A DNA stretch of 64,000 nt from an uncultured Chloroflexia bacterium (GCA_963847375.1 CAWJZO010000002.1:313082-377081), one strand, 5' to 3'; positions 17,214 through 27,288 are shown, numbered from the stretch's first letter. Numbers and translations are program-made. Notes: generated by a model from the letters alone, not told the origin.

Positions 17214-18692
17214 TCAGACCCCGAGCGGATTGACCGGCTTGGCAGACGTCCCCTGGAGGACCGCCTTCGTCTCGGTGTAGAGGTCGAGCGCCTCGATCGA
17301 CTGCTCACGACCGTAGCCGGACTCCTTGAAGCCGCCGAACGGCACGCCGGGGAAGGCGACGAACGGGGTGTTGATGCCGACCGCACCGGACCGGATGCGC
17401 TGTGCGACGCGGTGGCCGCGGGAGCCGTCCTGCGTCCACACCGTCGCCGCCAACCCGTAGCGGACGCCATTCGCGAACTGCACCGCCTCGGCCTCGTCGC
17501 CGAAGCGGGTGAGGGTCACGACCGGCCCGAAGACCTCCTCCTGCGCGATCCGCGCATCGTTGCCGACGCCGGCGATGACGGTGGGCGCGACGAAGGCATC
17601 GGCGTCGAGGTCGCCGTTCAGCTCGACACTGGGGCCGCCGGCCAGCAGCTCGCCGCCATCGGCGACGCCGATCTCGATGAACTCGCGCACGCGATCGGCA
17701 TGGGCGCGGCTGATCAGCGAGCCGACCTTCGTCTCCTCGGCCAGCGGATCGCCGACCGTCAACGCGCGGGCCTTCTCCGCAAAGGCCGATGCGAACGCGT
17801 CGTACACCTCGTCCTGCACGAGGATCCTCGAGCGTGCCTCGCACGACTGACCGGCCGAGTAGAAGATCGCCCACAGCGAACCGATGACGGCCGCCTCCAG
17901 ATCGGCGTCGGCGAAGACGATGTTCGGGCTCTTGCCGCCGAGCTCGAGCGACACGCGCTTGAGGGTCGTCGCGGCGGCCGCCGCGATCCGGCGGCCGGTA
18001 TCGGTCTCGCCGGTGAAGGCGACCTTGTCGATGCCAGGGTGCGCGGCAATCGCCTCCCCCACCTCTGCTCCGGGCCCAGGGATGACATTGAGCACGCCGG
18101 GCGGGATGCCGGCCTCGAGCGCCAGCTCGCCGAGGCGGATGGCGGTCAGCGGCGTGGCCGATGCCGGCTTGAGGACCATCGTGTTCCCCGTCGCCAGCGC
18201 CGGCGCCACCTTCCAGGCGGCCATCATCAGCGGGTAGTTCCAGGGAATGATCGCGCCGACCACCCCGACCGGCTCGCGCAGCGTGTAGCTCACGACCGCG
18301 GGGTTGACGACGTGCGATCGACCGTAGAGGTGCTGCGCGGTGCCGGCGAACAGCTCGAGCGTCGAGACCGCGACCTTCACCTCGGCCGCGGCCTGCCACT
18401 TCACCTTGCCGTTGTTGCGGCTCTCGAGCTCGGCGAGCGCATCGGTCTGCTCGTCGAGGAGCTGGGCCAGCTTGTTCAGCGCACGGGCCCGCTTGGCGGG
18501 CGAGGTCTTCGCCCAGGCGCCCTCGAGCGCGCCACGGGCCGCCGTCACGGCGGCGTCGACGTCATCGATCCCGGCCCGGGCGACCGTGGCCAGCTCGCCG
18601 CCATGCGCCGGATCGAACGTCGCGAAGGTCGCGCCGGCGGCCGCGTCGCGCAGCTCGCCACCGATTAGGAGCTGGGTGGTGAAATCGGTCAT
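17214..18692 (-). CDS. Aldehyde dehydrogenase
   Basis: IIPWNYP, KPAS, FTGET, LELGGKSP (catalytic Glu), GQSCEAR (catalytic Cys), EEVFGPV, PFGGFKESG. Confidence 0.93.
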   Translation of the reverse strand: MTDFTTQLLIGGELRDAAAGATFATFDPAHGGELATVARAGIDDVDAAVTAARGALEGAWAKTSPAKRARALNKLAQLLDEQTDALAELESRNNGKVKWQAAAEVKVAVSTLELFAGTAQHLYGRSHVVNPAVVSYTLREPVGVVGAIIPWNYPLMMAAWKVAPALATGNTMVLKPASATPLTAIRLGELALEAGIPPGVLNVIPGPGAEVGEAIAAHPGIDKVAFTGETDTGRRIAAAAATTLKRVSLELGGKSPNIVFADADLEAAVIGSLWAIFYSAGQSCEARSRILVQDEVYDAFASAFAEKARALTVGDPLAEETKVGSLISRAHADRVREFIEIGVADGGELLAGGPSVELNGDLDADAFVAPTVIAGVGNDARIAQEEVFGPVVTLTRFGDEAEAVQFANGVRYGLAATVWTQDGSRGHRVAQRIRSGAVGINTPFVAFPGVPFGGFKESGYGREQSIEALDLYTETKAVLQGTSAKPVNPLGV

Positions 18693-18737
18693 CGAACCCA
18701 TGGTAGCGGCCAGCACAGCGTATCTACGTCCATGCGC

Positions 18738-19130
18738 TCAGCGGCTCCCGTCGAAGAGCGTGCGGTCGCCGACGGGCGACTGGAGGTCGACCTCGGTGAC
18801 GGTGCGGACGGGCTCCGGGGAGCACGATCCGCCGACGTCGTCCATCAGCGAGGCGACTAGCGTCACCGCCACCGCATCGGCCGACTCCTCCAGCTCGATG
18901 GCGGCGAGCTCGTAGCAGTCGGGTCCCGGTGGCAACTCGAAGCCGATGATGACCCGGCGATCGCCGATCGGCAGCATGCAGCTGATCGGAACGGTCTGGA
19001 CCTCGCCCGTCGCACCGGTCGCGATCAGCGGATCGAGCCCACGCCAGCTCGTGTTGCAGTCCTCGACGACGACGCCCGTCGGGACCGCGCATGCCGCGAG
19101 CAGCAGCGCCACGAGCGCCGCCCTACGCAT
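18738..19130 (-). CDS. Small Cys-containing lipoprotein, hypothetical
   Basis: MRRAALVALLLAAC lipobox; start overlaps the end of the GNAT gene. Confidence 0.65.
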   Translation of the reverse strand: MRRAALVALLLAACAVPTGVVVEDCNTSWRGLDPLIATGATGEVQTVPISCMLPIGDRRVIIGFELPPGPDCYELAAIELEESADAVAVTLVASLMDDVGGSCSPEPVRTVTEVDLQSPVGDRTLFDGSR

Positions 19131-19989
19131 CGGGCTCGAACGCGACGACGTCGACGTCCCGCACCGGCCGATAGCCGATGGCCTGATAGATCCGGTTGGA
19201 CGTCGGGTTGGCAAGGTCGGTGAAGAGGGTCACGAAGCGGTGGCCGCGGTCCAGCTGGTCCTGGCTGACGGCCGCGGTCAGCGTGGTGGCGTAGCCTCGT
19301 CCACGCAGCTCGGGCGGGGTGTAGACCGGGCCGACTCGGACGCCGTTCGGTGTCTCTCCGCCGGCCCCGACCATGCACACCACCTGCCCGTCATCCTCCC
19401 AGAGGTACAGCGTCCGATACTCACGCGCGATCCATCGGTCCGCGAGCGCGATGGGCTCGGCTTGCGTGGGCTGCCCGGGCGTCGCCTCCTCACCGAACGC
19501 GACCAGCCAGCGGGCGACGAGCTCGCGGTCGCGTGGCTCGGCCAGCCGCGGGGAGCCCGATGCCGCGCGCGCCGGGGGCACGAGCCGGTCGAGGCGGAAG
19601 ATGCGCTCCGAGAGGTCGATTCGGGTCCGCAGCTCGGTAAGCGCGGACCAGCGCTCCGCGAAGCGGGCGACGACCTCCTTCGGGCCGCTCACGCCTGGCA
19701 GACGCTCGCCGGCGAGGTTCTCGGCGAGCAGGTCGATCGCCGCCGGGTCGTCGACTTCGGAGAGGACGAGGTTGAACGGCGGCGTCCTCATCGTGGCTGC
19801 CACCACGCGCTCGGCGGCATCGGTCACCACGCCGAAGCTGGGCGGATCGGCGAAGTGGTCGGGCATCGATCGGACCTGGGCAGCCACGCCGAGCATGAGG
19901 TTGTGCTCGGCCTCTCGCGCGACCAGGAAGTCGCCGGCACGCTCCAGGAATGCGGCGGCATTGTCGAGTCGCTGGAAGGTCAGCCCCAT
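19123..19989 (-). CDS. GNAT acetyltransferase (FR47-like C-terminal domain)
   Basis: VGPVYTPPELRGRGYA and LFTDLANPTSNRIYQAIGY motifs. Confidence 0.88.
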   Translation of the reverse strand: MGLTFQRLDNAAAFLERAGDFLVAREAEHNLMLGVAAQVRSMPDHFADPPSFGVVTDAAERVVAATMRTPPFNLVLSEVDDPAAIDLLAENLAGERLPGVSGPKEVVARFAERWSALTELRTRIDLSERIFRLDRLVPPARAASGSPRLAEPRDRELVARWLVAFGEEATPGQPTQAEPIALADRWIAREYRTLYLWEDDGQVVCMVGAGGETPNGVRVGPVYTPPELRGRGYATTLTAAVSQDQLDRGHRFVTLFTDLANPTSNRIYQAIGYRPVRDVDVVAFEPDA

Positions 19990-20007
19990 CCCGCCATCAT
20001 GGCCGAT

Positions 20008-21309
20008 TCAGCCCGCGGACAGACCGATGCGAAACGTGGTGCCACCCGGTCCGGTCGACTCGACCTCGACCGAGCCGCCATTGGCGGTGACAAGCTCGCG
20101 CGCGACGGTCAGCCCGATCCCGCTGCCCGGAACGCGGCCACGCGACCGATCGGCGCGGTAGAAGCGCTCGAAGATGAAGGGCAGGTCGTCGGCATCGATG
20201 CCCGAGCCCTGGTCGGTGATCCGCACGGTGATCGGCGGTCCGGCATCCAGTCCGATGCGAACGGTGCCGCCCCGCGGCGAGTGGGCGACCGCGTTGGTGA
20301 GGATGTTGCGCAGTGCCCGCGCGACCTGGGCGCGGTCGACGATGGCCGTCACCCCGCCGCCGGCCTCCACCGTTGCGGTCACCCCGTGCTCACGGAGGAG
20401 GCCCTCGTTGGCATCGACGATCTCGCGCGCCAGGTCGGCCAGGTCGACCGCCTCGGGGGTGCGCTGGAGCGGCGCGGACTCGGCCTGCGTCAGCTCGCTC
20501 AGCTGGCCGATCAGGCTGGACAGCCCGGCCGCCGCGGCCCTCGCTCTCTCGAGCTGCGCGACGTCGGCCGGCACCACGCCGTCGACCATGGCCTGCACCT
20601 GCGACTCGAGCACGGTCGCCGGCGTTGCGAGGTCGTGGGCCAGGTCGCTCGCGGCGCGCCGTCGCAGCGCCTCGGAGCGCTCGAGCCGCTCGGCCATCCC
20701 GTTGAAGGCAGTGGCCAGCTCGGCCGATTCGGCGTCCGGCCCGCCCCGTGCGCGCGCCGTCAGGTCGCCGTGTCCCAGCCGTCGGGCCGCTCCTGCCACC
20801 TCGCGCAGCGGCCGGGTCAGCCGGTTCGCGGCCAGGGCGGCGGCCGCCAGCATCGCGACGACAGCGACCGCGCCGGTGATGAGCAGCGCGCCGTTGAAGG
20901 CGCGCAGGAACGGCGCCCCGGGCGTGGGCACCTCGATCTCCAGCGCGCCGCCTCCGACGTCCGCGGCCAGCTCGGTGGTCAGCGAGTCGGTCTCGATCCC
21001 CGGCGGCAGGTGGCCGCCCTCGGCGATCGGGGTGCCCGACGCGTCGACGACGCGGACCACGCCGCCGGTGTCCCGAGCGATCCGCCGCACGAGCGCATCC
21101 ATGCCGCGCTCACCGACGCCGCGGCGCAGGCTCTCTTCGACGAACGCGCCGGCCAGCTCCAGCCGTTGCAGCTCGCGGGGCCCCAGGGTCTCGTCGAGCG
21201 AGCGCGTCGCGGCTCGGTTGACGACGATCCCCGCCAGCAGGAGAACCACGACGAGGACCCCGGCCAGCAGCAGCGCCAGCCGTACCGCCAGGGATCGGCC
21301 GCGCATCAT
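20008..21309 (-). CDS. HAMP-HisKA-HATPase sensor histidine kinase (BaeS-like)
   Basis: Two TM segments, HAMP domain, H-box AHDLATP, NILTNA, DQGSGI, FERFYR, GSGIGL. Confidence 0.92.
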   Translation of the reverse strand: MMRGRSLAVRLALLLAGVLVVVLLLAGIVVNRAATRSLDETLGPRELQRLELAGAFVEESLRRGVGERGMDALVRRIARDTGGVVRVVDASGTPIAEGGHLPPGIETDSLTTELAADVGGGALEIEVPTPGAPFLRAFNGALLITGAVAVVAMLAAAALAANRLTRPLREVAGAARRLGHGDLTARARGGPDAESAELATAFNGMAERLERSEALRRRAASDLAHDLATPATVLESQVQAMVDGVVPADVAQLERARAAAAGLSSLIGQLSELTQAESAPLQRTPEAVDLADLAREIVDANEGLLREHGVTATVEAGGGVTAIVDRAQVARALRNILTNAVAHSPRGGTVRIGLDAGPPITVRITDQGSGIDADDLPFIFERFYRADRSRGRVPGSGIGLTVARELVTANGGSVEVESTGPGGTTFRIGLSAG

Positions 21310-22019
21310 GGCTGCGGGTCGACCGCCGCCACCAGCCGGTAGCCGGCCGCCGGCACCGTCTCGATCAGCCACGGCGCACCGGCATCGTCGCCGAGCTTGC
21401 GGCGCAGGTTTGCGACGTGGACGTCGACGACGCGCTCGTAGACCTCGTCGGGCCGCCGCGCCACCGCGCTGAGCAGCCGCTGCCGCCCGAGCACCTGTCC
21501 GGGATGCGCGGCCAGCGCCACGACCAGCGAAGACTCCCCCGGCGTCAGCCGGCCGCTCGACCCGTCCGACTGTGTGTATCTGCGCGAGCCGGGATCGAGC
21601 ACGAGGCGGCCGCCCGCCAGGCTGAGGATCGGAGGCGGCGTGGCCGTCCCAGCGGTCCGCGTTCGACGCAGGATGGCCGCCACGCGGGCGGTCAGCTCGC
21701 GCGGGTTGAAGGGCTTTGCGAGATAGTCATCGGCGCCGGCACGCAAACCGGCGATCCGTTCGGCATCGCTCCGCTTCGCCGAGGTGATGAGCACCGGTAC
21801 GTCACCGGCGTCGCGCAGCGCGTCGAGCACCGTCTCGCCCTGCATCCCGGGCAGCATCAGGTCGAGGATCACGAGGTCGGGCGGCTGTGCGTCGTAGGCC
21901 GCCAGGGCGGATGGGCCGTCGCCGGCATCGGTCACGCGGTGCCCTTCGCGCTCCAGGTACAGGCGCAGCAGGCCGCGCAGCTGCGGCTCGTCCTCGACGA
22001 CCAGGATGCTCGCCCTCAT
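21306..22019 (-). CDS. OmpR-family response regulator
   Basis: ILVVEDE, LDLMLP, GADDYLAKPF, winged helix VDVHVANLRRKL. ATG 7 nt after TAGGAT. Confidence 0.92.
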   Translation of the reverse strand: MRASILVVEDEPQLRGLLRLYLEREGHRVTDAGDGPSALAAYDAQPPDLVILDLMLPGMQGETVLDALRDAGDVPVLITSAKRSDAERIAGLRAGADDYLAKPFNPRELTARVAAILRRTRTAGTATPPPILSLAGGRLVLDPGSRRYTQSDGSSGRLTPGESSLVVALAAHPGQVLGRQRLLSAVARRPDEVYERVVDVHVANLRRKLGDDAGAPWLIETVPAAGYRLVAAVDPQP

Positions 22020-22051
22020 GCCCGGCATCCTACGCGGGGCCGATTCAGACG

Positions 22052-22091
22052 TTGTGAAGACCCGGCCCGGTGATCTTGGCGCGATCTTCAT
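22052..22091. promoter_or_regulatory. Putative OmpR-type direct-repeat binding site
   Basis: GATCTT at 22072 and 22083 (11-bp period) plus an inverted TGAAGA, between the divergent regulator and secreted-protein genes. Confidence 0.4.
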
Positions 22092-22150
22092 CGGTCCCGG
22101 GGCACTCTGCACGCATCTATTCGTCGCCCAGCACAGCGAGGATCATCTCG

Positions 22151-22861
22151 ATGCGACTCACCAAGAGCCTCGGACTTGCCGGGGCGCTCATCCTGTCGGC
22201 GATCGTGGGCGGCACCCTGATCGGTTCGGCCCTGGCGACCGATGCCGACGGCACCACCACCGGCGAGACGTCCGAATACTGCGACGTCTTCATGGACAGC
22301 CTCGCCTCAGAGCTCGGGACCGATCGCGACGGGCTGATCGCGGCCGGGAAGGCCGCGGCGCTCGCCGCGGTCGACGCGGCGGTTGCGGCCGGCGACCTGA
22401 CCGAGGAGCGTGCCACGCCCGCGCGAGAGCGGATCGAGGCCTACGACGGCGGCGGCTGCGGCTTCTTCGGCCACGGCATCGGCTTCGAACGGGGCTTCGC
22501 ACACGGGGTTGGCCGCGGCTTCCTGGGCGGCGGCGTCTTCGAGGCCGCCGGCGATGCCCTCGGCATCGAGAGCTCCGAGCTCATCGGCCAGCTCCGCGAT
22601 GCCGGCTCGCTCCAGGCCCTCGCCGAGGAGCTCGGCGTGGACTACGAGACGGTCAAGTCCACGGTGCTCGCCGCGGTCCAGGCGGACCTCGACGCGGCCG
22701 TCGCTGAGGGCCTGTCCCAGGAGCGCGCCGACGCAGCGCTCGGCCGGCTCACGACCTGGCTCGACGAGGGCGGCGAGGTCGGCGGCTTCCGCGGGCACCA
22801 TCGATTCGGGCCGTGGGGCGGCAACGACGACGAGGAGGATGCGGAGGACTCAGGGGCGTAA
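22151..22861 (+). CDS. Secreted helical protein with Gly/His-rich linkers, likely target of the adjacent two-component system
   Basis: Signal peptide MRLTKSLGLAGALILSAIVGGTLIGSALA; repeated LASELG/AAVAAGDLTEERA-type helices. Confidence 0.72.
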   Translation: MRLTKSLGLAGALILSAIVGGTLIGSALATDADGTTTGETSEYCDVFMDSLASELGTDRDGLIAAGKAAALAAVDAAVAAGDLTEERATPARERIEAYDGGGCGFFGHGIGFERGFAHGVGRGFLGGGVFEAAGDALGIESSELIGQLRDAGSLQALAEELGVDYETVKSTVLAAVQADLDAAVAEGLSQERADAALGRLTTWLDEGGEVGGFRGHHRFGPWGGNDDEEDAEDSGA

Positions 22862-22886
22862 GTCCGCTCCGCATCGGCCCAGGCAC

Positions 22887-22922
22887 AGGCGCCGGACGCT
22901 CGGGCGGGCTCCGGCGCCTTTC
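22887..22922 (+). terminator. Probable intrinsic terminator
   Basis: AGGCGCCGGA...TCCGGCGCCT 10-bp stem followed by a short T run, just after the stop at 22861. Confidence 0.55.
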
Positions 22923-23106
22923 CGCTGTACCCGCGAATTCCCGGGACGCGGGACTAACGACCACGAACTGGCCGAATTCCCATCTCGCGGCTCGATCGGC
23001 CACGCACGAGGGGCTCTGCGTGGCCCCTCGTGCCGCCGGACGGGCAGACCGGCCAAGAAGTGGCCGATGTGACCGCCCGGTGCAAGTCGCCGCGCCCGAT
23101 ACGACA

Positions 23107-23137
23107 TCAACCGATCGGTTGACCTGAGCTCAACCGA
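23107..23137. promoter_or_regulatory. Putative NarL-family response regulator operator
   Basis: Perfect palindrome TCAACCGATCGGTTGA (23107-23122) and half-site TCAACCGA (23130), upstream of the ABC/two-component operon. Confidence 0.6.
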
Positions 23138-23203
23138 CCTGCCCGGCCAGATCCGGCCGCGCGGCCGATGGAAACCAGCGGTTCGAGCCTCACGCTTTGG
23201 GCC

Positions 23204-24118
23204 ATGCACACCATCGAAGTCAGCAACCTCACCAAGCGCTACGGCGACCACGTTGCCGTGGACGGTGTCTCGTTCACCGTCGAGCCGGGCGAGATCTTCG
23301 CCATCCTCGGCCCGAACGGCGCCGGCAAGACCACCACCGTCGAGTCGATCGTCGGGCTGCGCACGCCAGACTCGGGCACCATCCGGGTGCTCGGTCTCGA
23401 CCCCCAGACCGATCGCGACGCGCTCCGCGAACGCGTCGGCGTCCAGCTCCAGGAAAGTGAGCTGCCGGATCGCATGACCGTCGCCGAGGCCGTCGAGCTG
23501 TTCGCGTCGTTCTACAACGACCCGGCCGATCCCGACGCGCTCATCGAGGATCTCGGGCTGGCAGAGAAGCGCGACACGCAATTCCGGAAGCTGTCCGGCG
23601 GCCAGAGACAGCGCCTCTCGATCGCCCTCGCCCTCGTCGGCAGGCCGAAGGTCGCGATCCTCGACGAGCTGTCGACGGGTCTCGACCCGCAGGCTCGCCG
23701 CGCGACGTGGCAGCTCATCGAGGCGATCCGCGATCGGGGCGTGACCGTCGTCCTCGTCACGCACCTGATGGAGGAGGCCGAGCGCCTCGCCGACCGGGTC
23801 GCGGTCATCGACGGCGGCCGGATCATCGCGATCGACACGCCGGCCGGGATCATCTCGCGCGTCAACGCGGAGCAGAAGCTCCGATTCCGCCCATCGGCAC
23901 CGATCGAAGATCGGCTGCTGACCGACCTGCCGGAGGTCGAAGGCGTCGAGCGGGCGGGGCCCGTCCTCGTCGTCACCGGCACCGGCAACCTCATCCACGC
24001 CGTCACATCGGTCCTGGCGCAGCACCAGGTCGTGGCCAATGACCTTCGGGTCGAGCAGGCCAGCCTGGACGATGCGTACCTCGCCCTGACGGCCCGCTCA
24101 GCAAAGGAACTGTCATGA
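23204..24118 (+). CDS. ABC-2 type exporter ATP-binding subunit
   Basis: GPNGAGKTT, LSGGQRQR, ILDELSTGLDP, VTH. Second ATG (23204) chosen as start. Confidence 0.93.
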   Translation: MHTIEVSNLTKRYGDHVAVDGVSFTVEPGEIFAILGPNGAGKTTTVESIVGLRTPDSGTIRVLGLDPQTDRDALRERVGVQLQESELPDRMTVAEAVELFASFYNDPADPDALIEDLGLAEKRDTQFRKLSGGQRQRLSIALALVGRPKVAILDELSTGLDPQARRATWQLIEAIRDRGVTVVLVTHLMEEAERLADRVAVIDGGRIIAIDTPAGIISRVNAEQKLRFRPSAPIEDRLLTDLPEVEGVERAGPVLVVTGTGNLIHAVTSVLAQHQVVANDLRVEQASLDDAYLALTARSAKELS

Positions 24119-24849
24119 ACGAGATGCGTGCCCTCATCACCACCGAGGCGAAGCTGTTGTTCCGCGAGCCGATCTACTGGCTCGTCGTGATCCTCCTGCC
24201 AACGGCGATCCTGGCCATCTTCGGCTCGATCTTCGGGCCGTCAGGCCCTGACCCCGCCCTGGGCGGCCTGCGCTTCGTCGACGTCTTCGTGCCGTCGCTC
24301 GTCGTGATCACGGTTGCGACGCTGGGCATCCAGACGCTGCCGATCCGCCTAGCGACGTATCGCGAGAAGGGCGTGCTGCGACGCCTGTCGACGACGCCGG
24401 CCCACCCCTTTAGGCTGCTGATCGCGCAGTTCGTGGTCTACACCGTCACCGCGGTGATCGCCCTCGGGCTCCTGGTCGTCGTGGCGAGCGTCGCGTTCGG
24501 CGTGCCGTGGCCGCAGGAGCCCGTCGCGTACATCGCCGCATTCGCGCTGGGGATGAGCTCCCTCTTCGCGGTCGGCCTGCTGCTGGCAGCCGTCGCTCCG
24601 TCGTCAGGGATCGCCACGGCGATCGCCCTGCCGCTGTTCTTCTTCGTGATGCTCCTCGGCGGCGTGTACCTGCCGCGGAACTTCCTGCCCGAGATCCTCA
24701 TCACGATCGGCGAGTACACGCCGCCGGGCGTCGAGGGTCTCCAGGACGCCTGGCTGGGAACGGCGCCGCAGCTGCTGCCGCTGGCCGTTCTGGCAGCCAT
24801 CACGGTCGCAGTCGGAGCCCTCGCCAGTCGCGTCTTCCGCTGGGAATGA
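24115..24849 (+). CDS. ABC-2 type exporter permease
   Basis: YREKGVLRRLSTTP; about 6 TM; ends FRWE; ATGA overlap with the ATPase gene. Confidence 0.9.
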   Translation: MNEMRALITTEAKLLFREPIYWLVVILLPTAILAIFGSIFGPSGPDPALGGLRFVDVFVPSLVVITVATLGIQTLPIRLATYREKGVLRRLSTTPAHPFRLLIAQFVVYTVTAVIALGLLVVVASVAFGVPWPQEPVAYIAAFALGMSSLFAVGLLLAAVAPSSGIATAIALPLFFFVMLLGGVYLPRNFLPEILITIGEYTPPGVEGLQDAWLGTAPQLLPLAVLAAITVAVGALASRVFRWE

Positions 24850-24874
24850 CCGACCGATGGAGTAGCGTTCGACC

Positions 24875-26131
24875 ATGACTGAGCCGATGAATGCCTCGGT
24901 GAAGCCGGCCTGGGAGCGGTTCGGCGACGCGATGGTCGGGTGGTGCGGGTACGTGCTGCTTGCACTCTCGGCCGTCCTCGCCTTCCTCACCGGGCCGAAG
25001 GATCTGACATGGCAGGCGACGACGCTGGCGATCGTGGCGGTGACCGCAGCTTGGGTTTACCTGATGTTCACCCGCGTGCCGCCGCCGCGGCAGGCGCATC
25101 GGCTGCGGATGGGGTTGTTCTTCGCCGGGATCATCGCCCTCGCGTCCGTGCTCATGCTGCGCCAGCCGATGTTCTTCATCTTCCTCATCAGTGGCTTCTT
25201 CTACGCCTCGGTACTGCGGCCGCTTCCGCTCGCATTCGTCGCCGTCTTCGTGACATCAGTCCTGATCAACACCTTGATCGGCGGAATCCCGACCACCGCC
25301 GAGTGGTGGGCGATCTACCTGGCCATCATCAGCGTCCAGACCGTGGTGATCGGGGCGGGGGTGGTCGTCGGCGAGAAGGTCACCGAGCAGAACGAGGAGC
25401 GCCGCCAGGCGCTGGCCAGGCTCGAGGCCGCGCTCGTCGAGAACGCCGGGCTCCATGCCCAGCTGCTGACCCAGGCCCGCGAGGCGGGCATCCTCGACGA
25501 GCGTGCCCGAATGGCGCGTGAGATCCACGACACGATCGCGCAGGGCCTCACCGGGATCGTGACCCAGCTCGAGGCGGCCGACCAGGCGCATGATCGACCG
25601 GCCGACCGCGACCGACACCTCGACAATGCCGAGCGCCTTGCGCGCGAGAGCCTGGCCGAGGCTCGCCGATCGGTCGAGGCGTCGATGCCCGCGGCGCTCG
25701 AGGCGGGAACGCTGCCCGACGCCCTCGCCGACGTCACGCGCGAGTGGTCCGAGCTCCACGGCATCCCGGCCGACGTCACGGTCACGGGCAACGTCATCGC
25801 GCTCCATCGGGAGATCGAGGTCGCGCTCCTTCGCGTCGCCCAGGAGGCGCTCGCGAATGTCGCGCGCCATGCCGGCGCGACGCGTGCCGGGCTGACGCTG
25901 TCGTTCATCGGGGACGTCGTCACCCTCGACGTCCGGGACGACGGGGTCGGATTCGCGGTCACCGAGCCGGATGCTGGAGCCCCACCCGGCTTCGGCCTGA
26001 GCGGGATGCGCCAGCGGGTTGCCCGTGTCGCCGGATCGCTCGCGATCGAGTCGGAGCCCGGCGGCGGCACGGCGCTCTCGGCCCGAGTCCCTGCCATCGC
26101 GGCCAGCTCGTCGGTTGCTCCCGCGCCGTGA
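24875..26131 (+). CDS. HisKA_3 (DesK/LiaS-like) sensor histidine kinase
   Basis: ERARMAREIHDTIAQGL, QEALANVARHA, DDGVGF, GFGLSGMRQR. Confidence 0.93.
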   Translation: MTEPMNASVKPAWERFGDAMVGWCGYVLLALSAVLAFLTGPKDLTWQATTLAIVAVTAAWVYLMFTRVPPPRQAHRLRMGLFFAGIIALASVLMLRQPMFFIFLISGFFYASVLRPLPLAFVAVFVTSVLINTLIGGIPTTAEWWAIYLAIISVQTVVIGAGVVVGEKVTEQNEERRQALARLEAALVENAGLHAQLLTQAREAGILDERARMAREIHDTIAQGLTGIVTQLEAADQAHDRPADRDRHLDNAERLARESLAEARRSVEASMPAALEAGTLPDALADVTREWSELHGIPADVTVTGNVIALHREIEVALLRVAQEALANVARHAGATRAGLTLSFIGDVVTLDVRDDGVGFAVTEPDAGAPPGFGLSGMRQRVARVAGSLAIESEPGGGTALSARVPAIAASSSVAPAP

Positions 26132-26769
26132 GCCCGATCCGGCTGATGATCGTCGACGATCATCCCGTCGTCCGCGACGGCCTTCGAGGCATGATCGCCG
26201 GCGACCCCGACCTTGACGTCGTCGGCGAAGCGTCGGACGGTGCCGAGGTCCTCGCGCTCGTCGACTCGCTCCGGCCCGATGTCATCCTGATGGACCTCCG
26301 CATGCCGCGCCTCGGCGGCGCGGCGGCGATCAGGGCCCTTGCCGAGCGGGGAACCGAGGCCAGGGTGCTCGTGCTGACGACCTACGACACCGATCGCGAC
26401 GTCGTGCCAGCGCTCGAGGCCGGCGCAACGGGGTACCTGCTCAAGGACGCCCCCCGCGACGAGCTTGTCCGCGCCATCCACGCCGCGGCCCGTGGCGAGT
26501 CCGTGCTCGCCCCATCGGTCGCGACCCGCCTCGTCACCCAGCTTCGCGCACCCGAGCATGAGGCGCTGAGCGACCGGGAGCTCGAGGTCCTGAGGCTCAT
26601 CGCGCAGGGCGAAACGAACGCCGGCGCCGCCGCACGCCTCTTCATCTCCGAGGCGACCGTGAAGACCCACCTCGTTCATATTTACGCGAAGCTCGACGTC
26701 AACGATCGCGCCGCCGCCGTCGCGACAGCCTTCGAGCGCGGCCTGCTGAAGCCTCGGGACCGGGGTTAA
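26128..26769 (+). CDS. NarL/LuxR-family response regulator
   Basis: GTGA overlap; VDDHPVVR, MDLRMP, GYLLKD, LSDRELEVL, SEATVKTH. Confidence 0.93.
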   Translation: MSPIRLMIVDDHPVVRDGLRGMIAGDPDLDVVGEASDGAEVLALVDSLRPDVILMDLRMPRLGGAAAIRALAERGTEARVLVLTTYDTDRDVVPALEAGATGYLLKDAPRDELVRAIHAAARGESVLAPSVATRLVTQLRAPEHEALSDRELEVLRLIAQGETNAGAAARLFISEATVKTHLVHIYAKLDVNDRAAAVATAFERGLLKPRDRG

Positions 26770-26785
26770 CTCGGTGCGTGGCCTT

Positions 26786-26841
26786 TTGACACCGGTACAT
26801 AGCATGCTATGCTTCCTCATGAAGATACGTAGCATGCTAAG
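26786..26841 (+). promoter_or_regulatory. Sigma70-type promoter with tandem MarR-type operators
   Basis: TTGACA (26786)-16 nt-TATGCT (26808) with extended TG. Palindromes CATAGCATGCTATG (26798) and CGTAGCATGCTAAG (26828), 30 bp apart. Confidence 0.75.
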
Positions 26842-26853
26842 GACATAGAAGCG

Positions 26854-27288
26854 ATGACCGCCGCACCGATCCCCCAGACCCAAACGCCGCGAATGGGCGG
26901 GCTCCTGCTCAGAGCCGCCCGTGCCACGGCCGGCCTGATGCTGCCATTCGCCGGGAGGCGCTGGAACCCGATCTTCTCGGTCGTTCGTCACACCGGCCGC
27001 CGATCCGGCCGCACGTTCGAGACGCCCGTCGCCGCGCGCCGGACCGAGGACGGCTTCGTCCTCGCGCTCGCCTTCGGCATCGGCGTTCAGTGGTACCAGA
27101 ACCTCGTTGCCGCTGGCGGTGGGGTCATCCGCTGGCGGGGCGTCGAGTACGCCGTCGGCGCACCCGAGGCAATCGGCGTCGACGAGGCACTCGCGACCTT
27201 CAACGCCGTCCAGCGCGCCGGACTGCGCGCGGCCGACATCGACGGCTACATCCGCGTCCCGGATGTGCCCGAGCCGCCTGCCCGATGA
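26854..27288 (+). CDS. Deazaflavin (F420)-dependent nitroreductase-like split-barrel oxidoreductase
   Basis: HTGRRSGRTFETPV, LAFG..WYQNLVAAG. Confidence 0.78.
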   Translation: MTAAPIPQTQTPRMGGLLLRAARATAGLMLPFAGRRWNPIFSVVRHTGRRSGRTFETPVAARRTEDGFVLALAFGIGVQWYQNLVAAGGGVIRWRGVEYAVGAPEAIGVDEALATFNAVQRAGLRAADIDGYIRVPDVPEPPAR

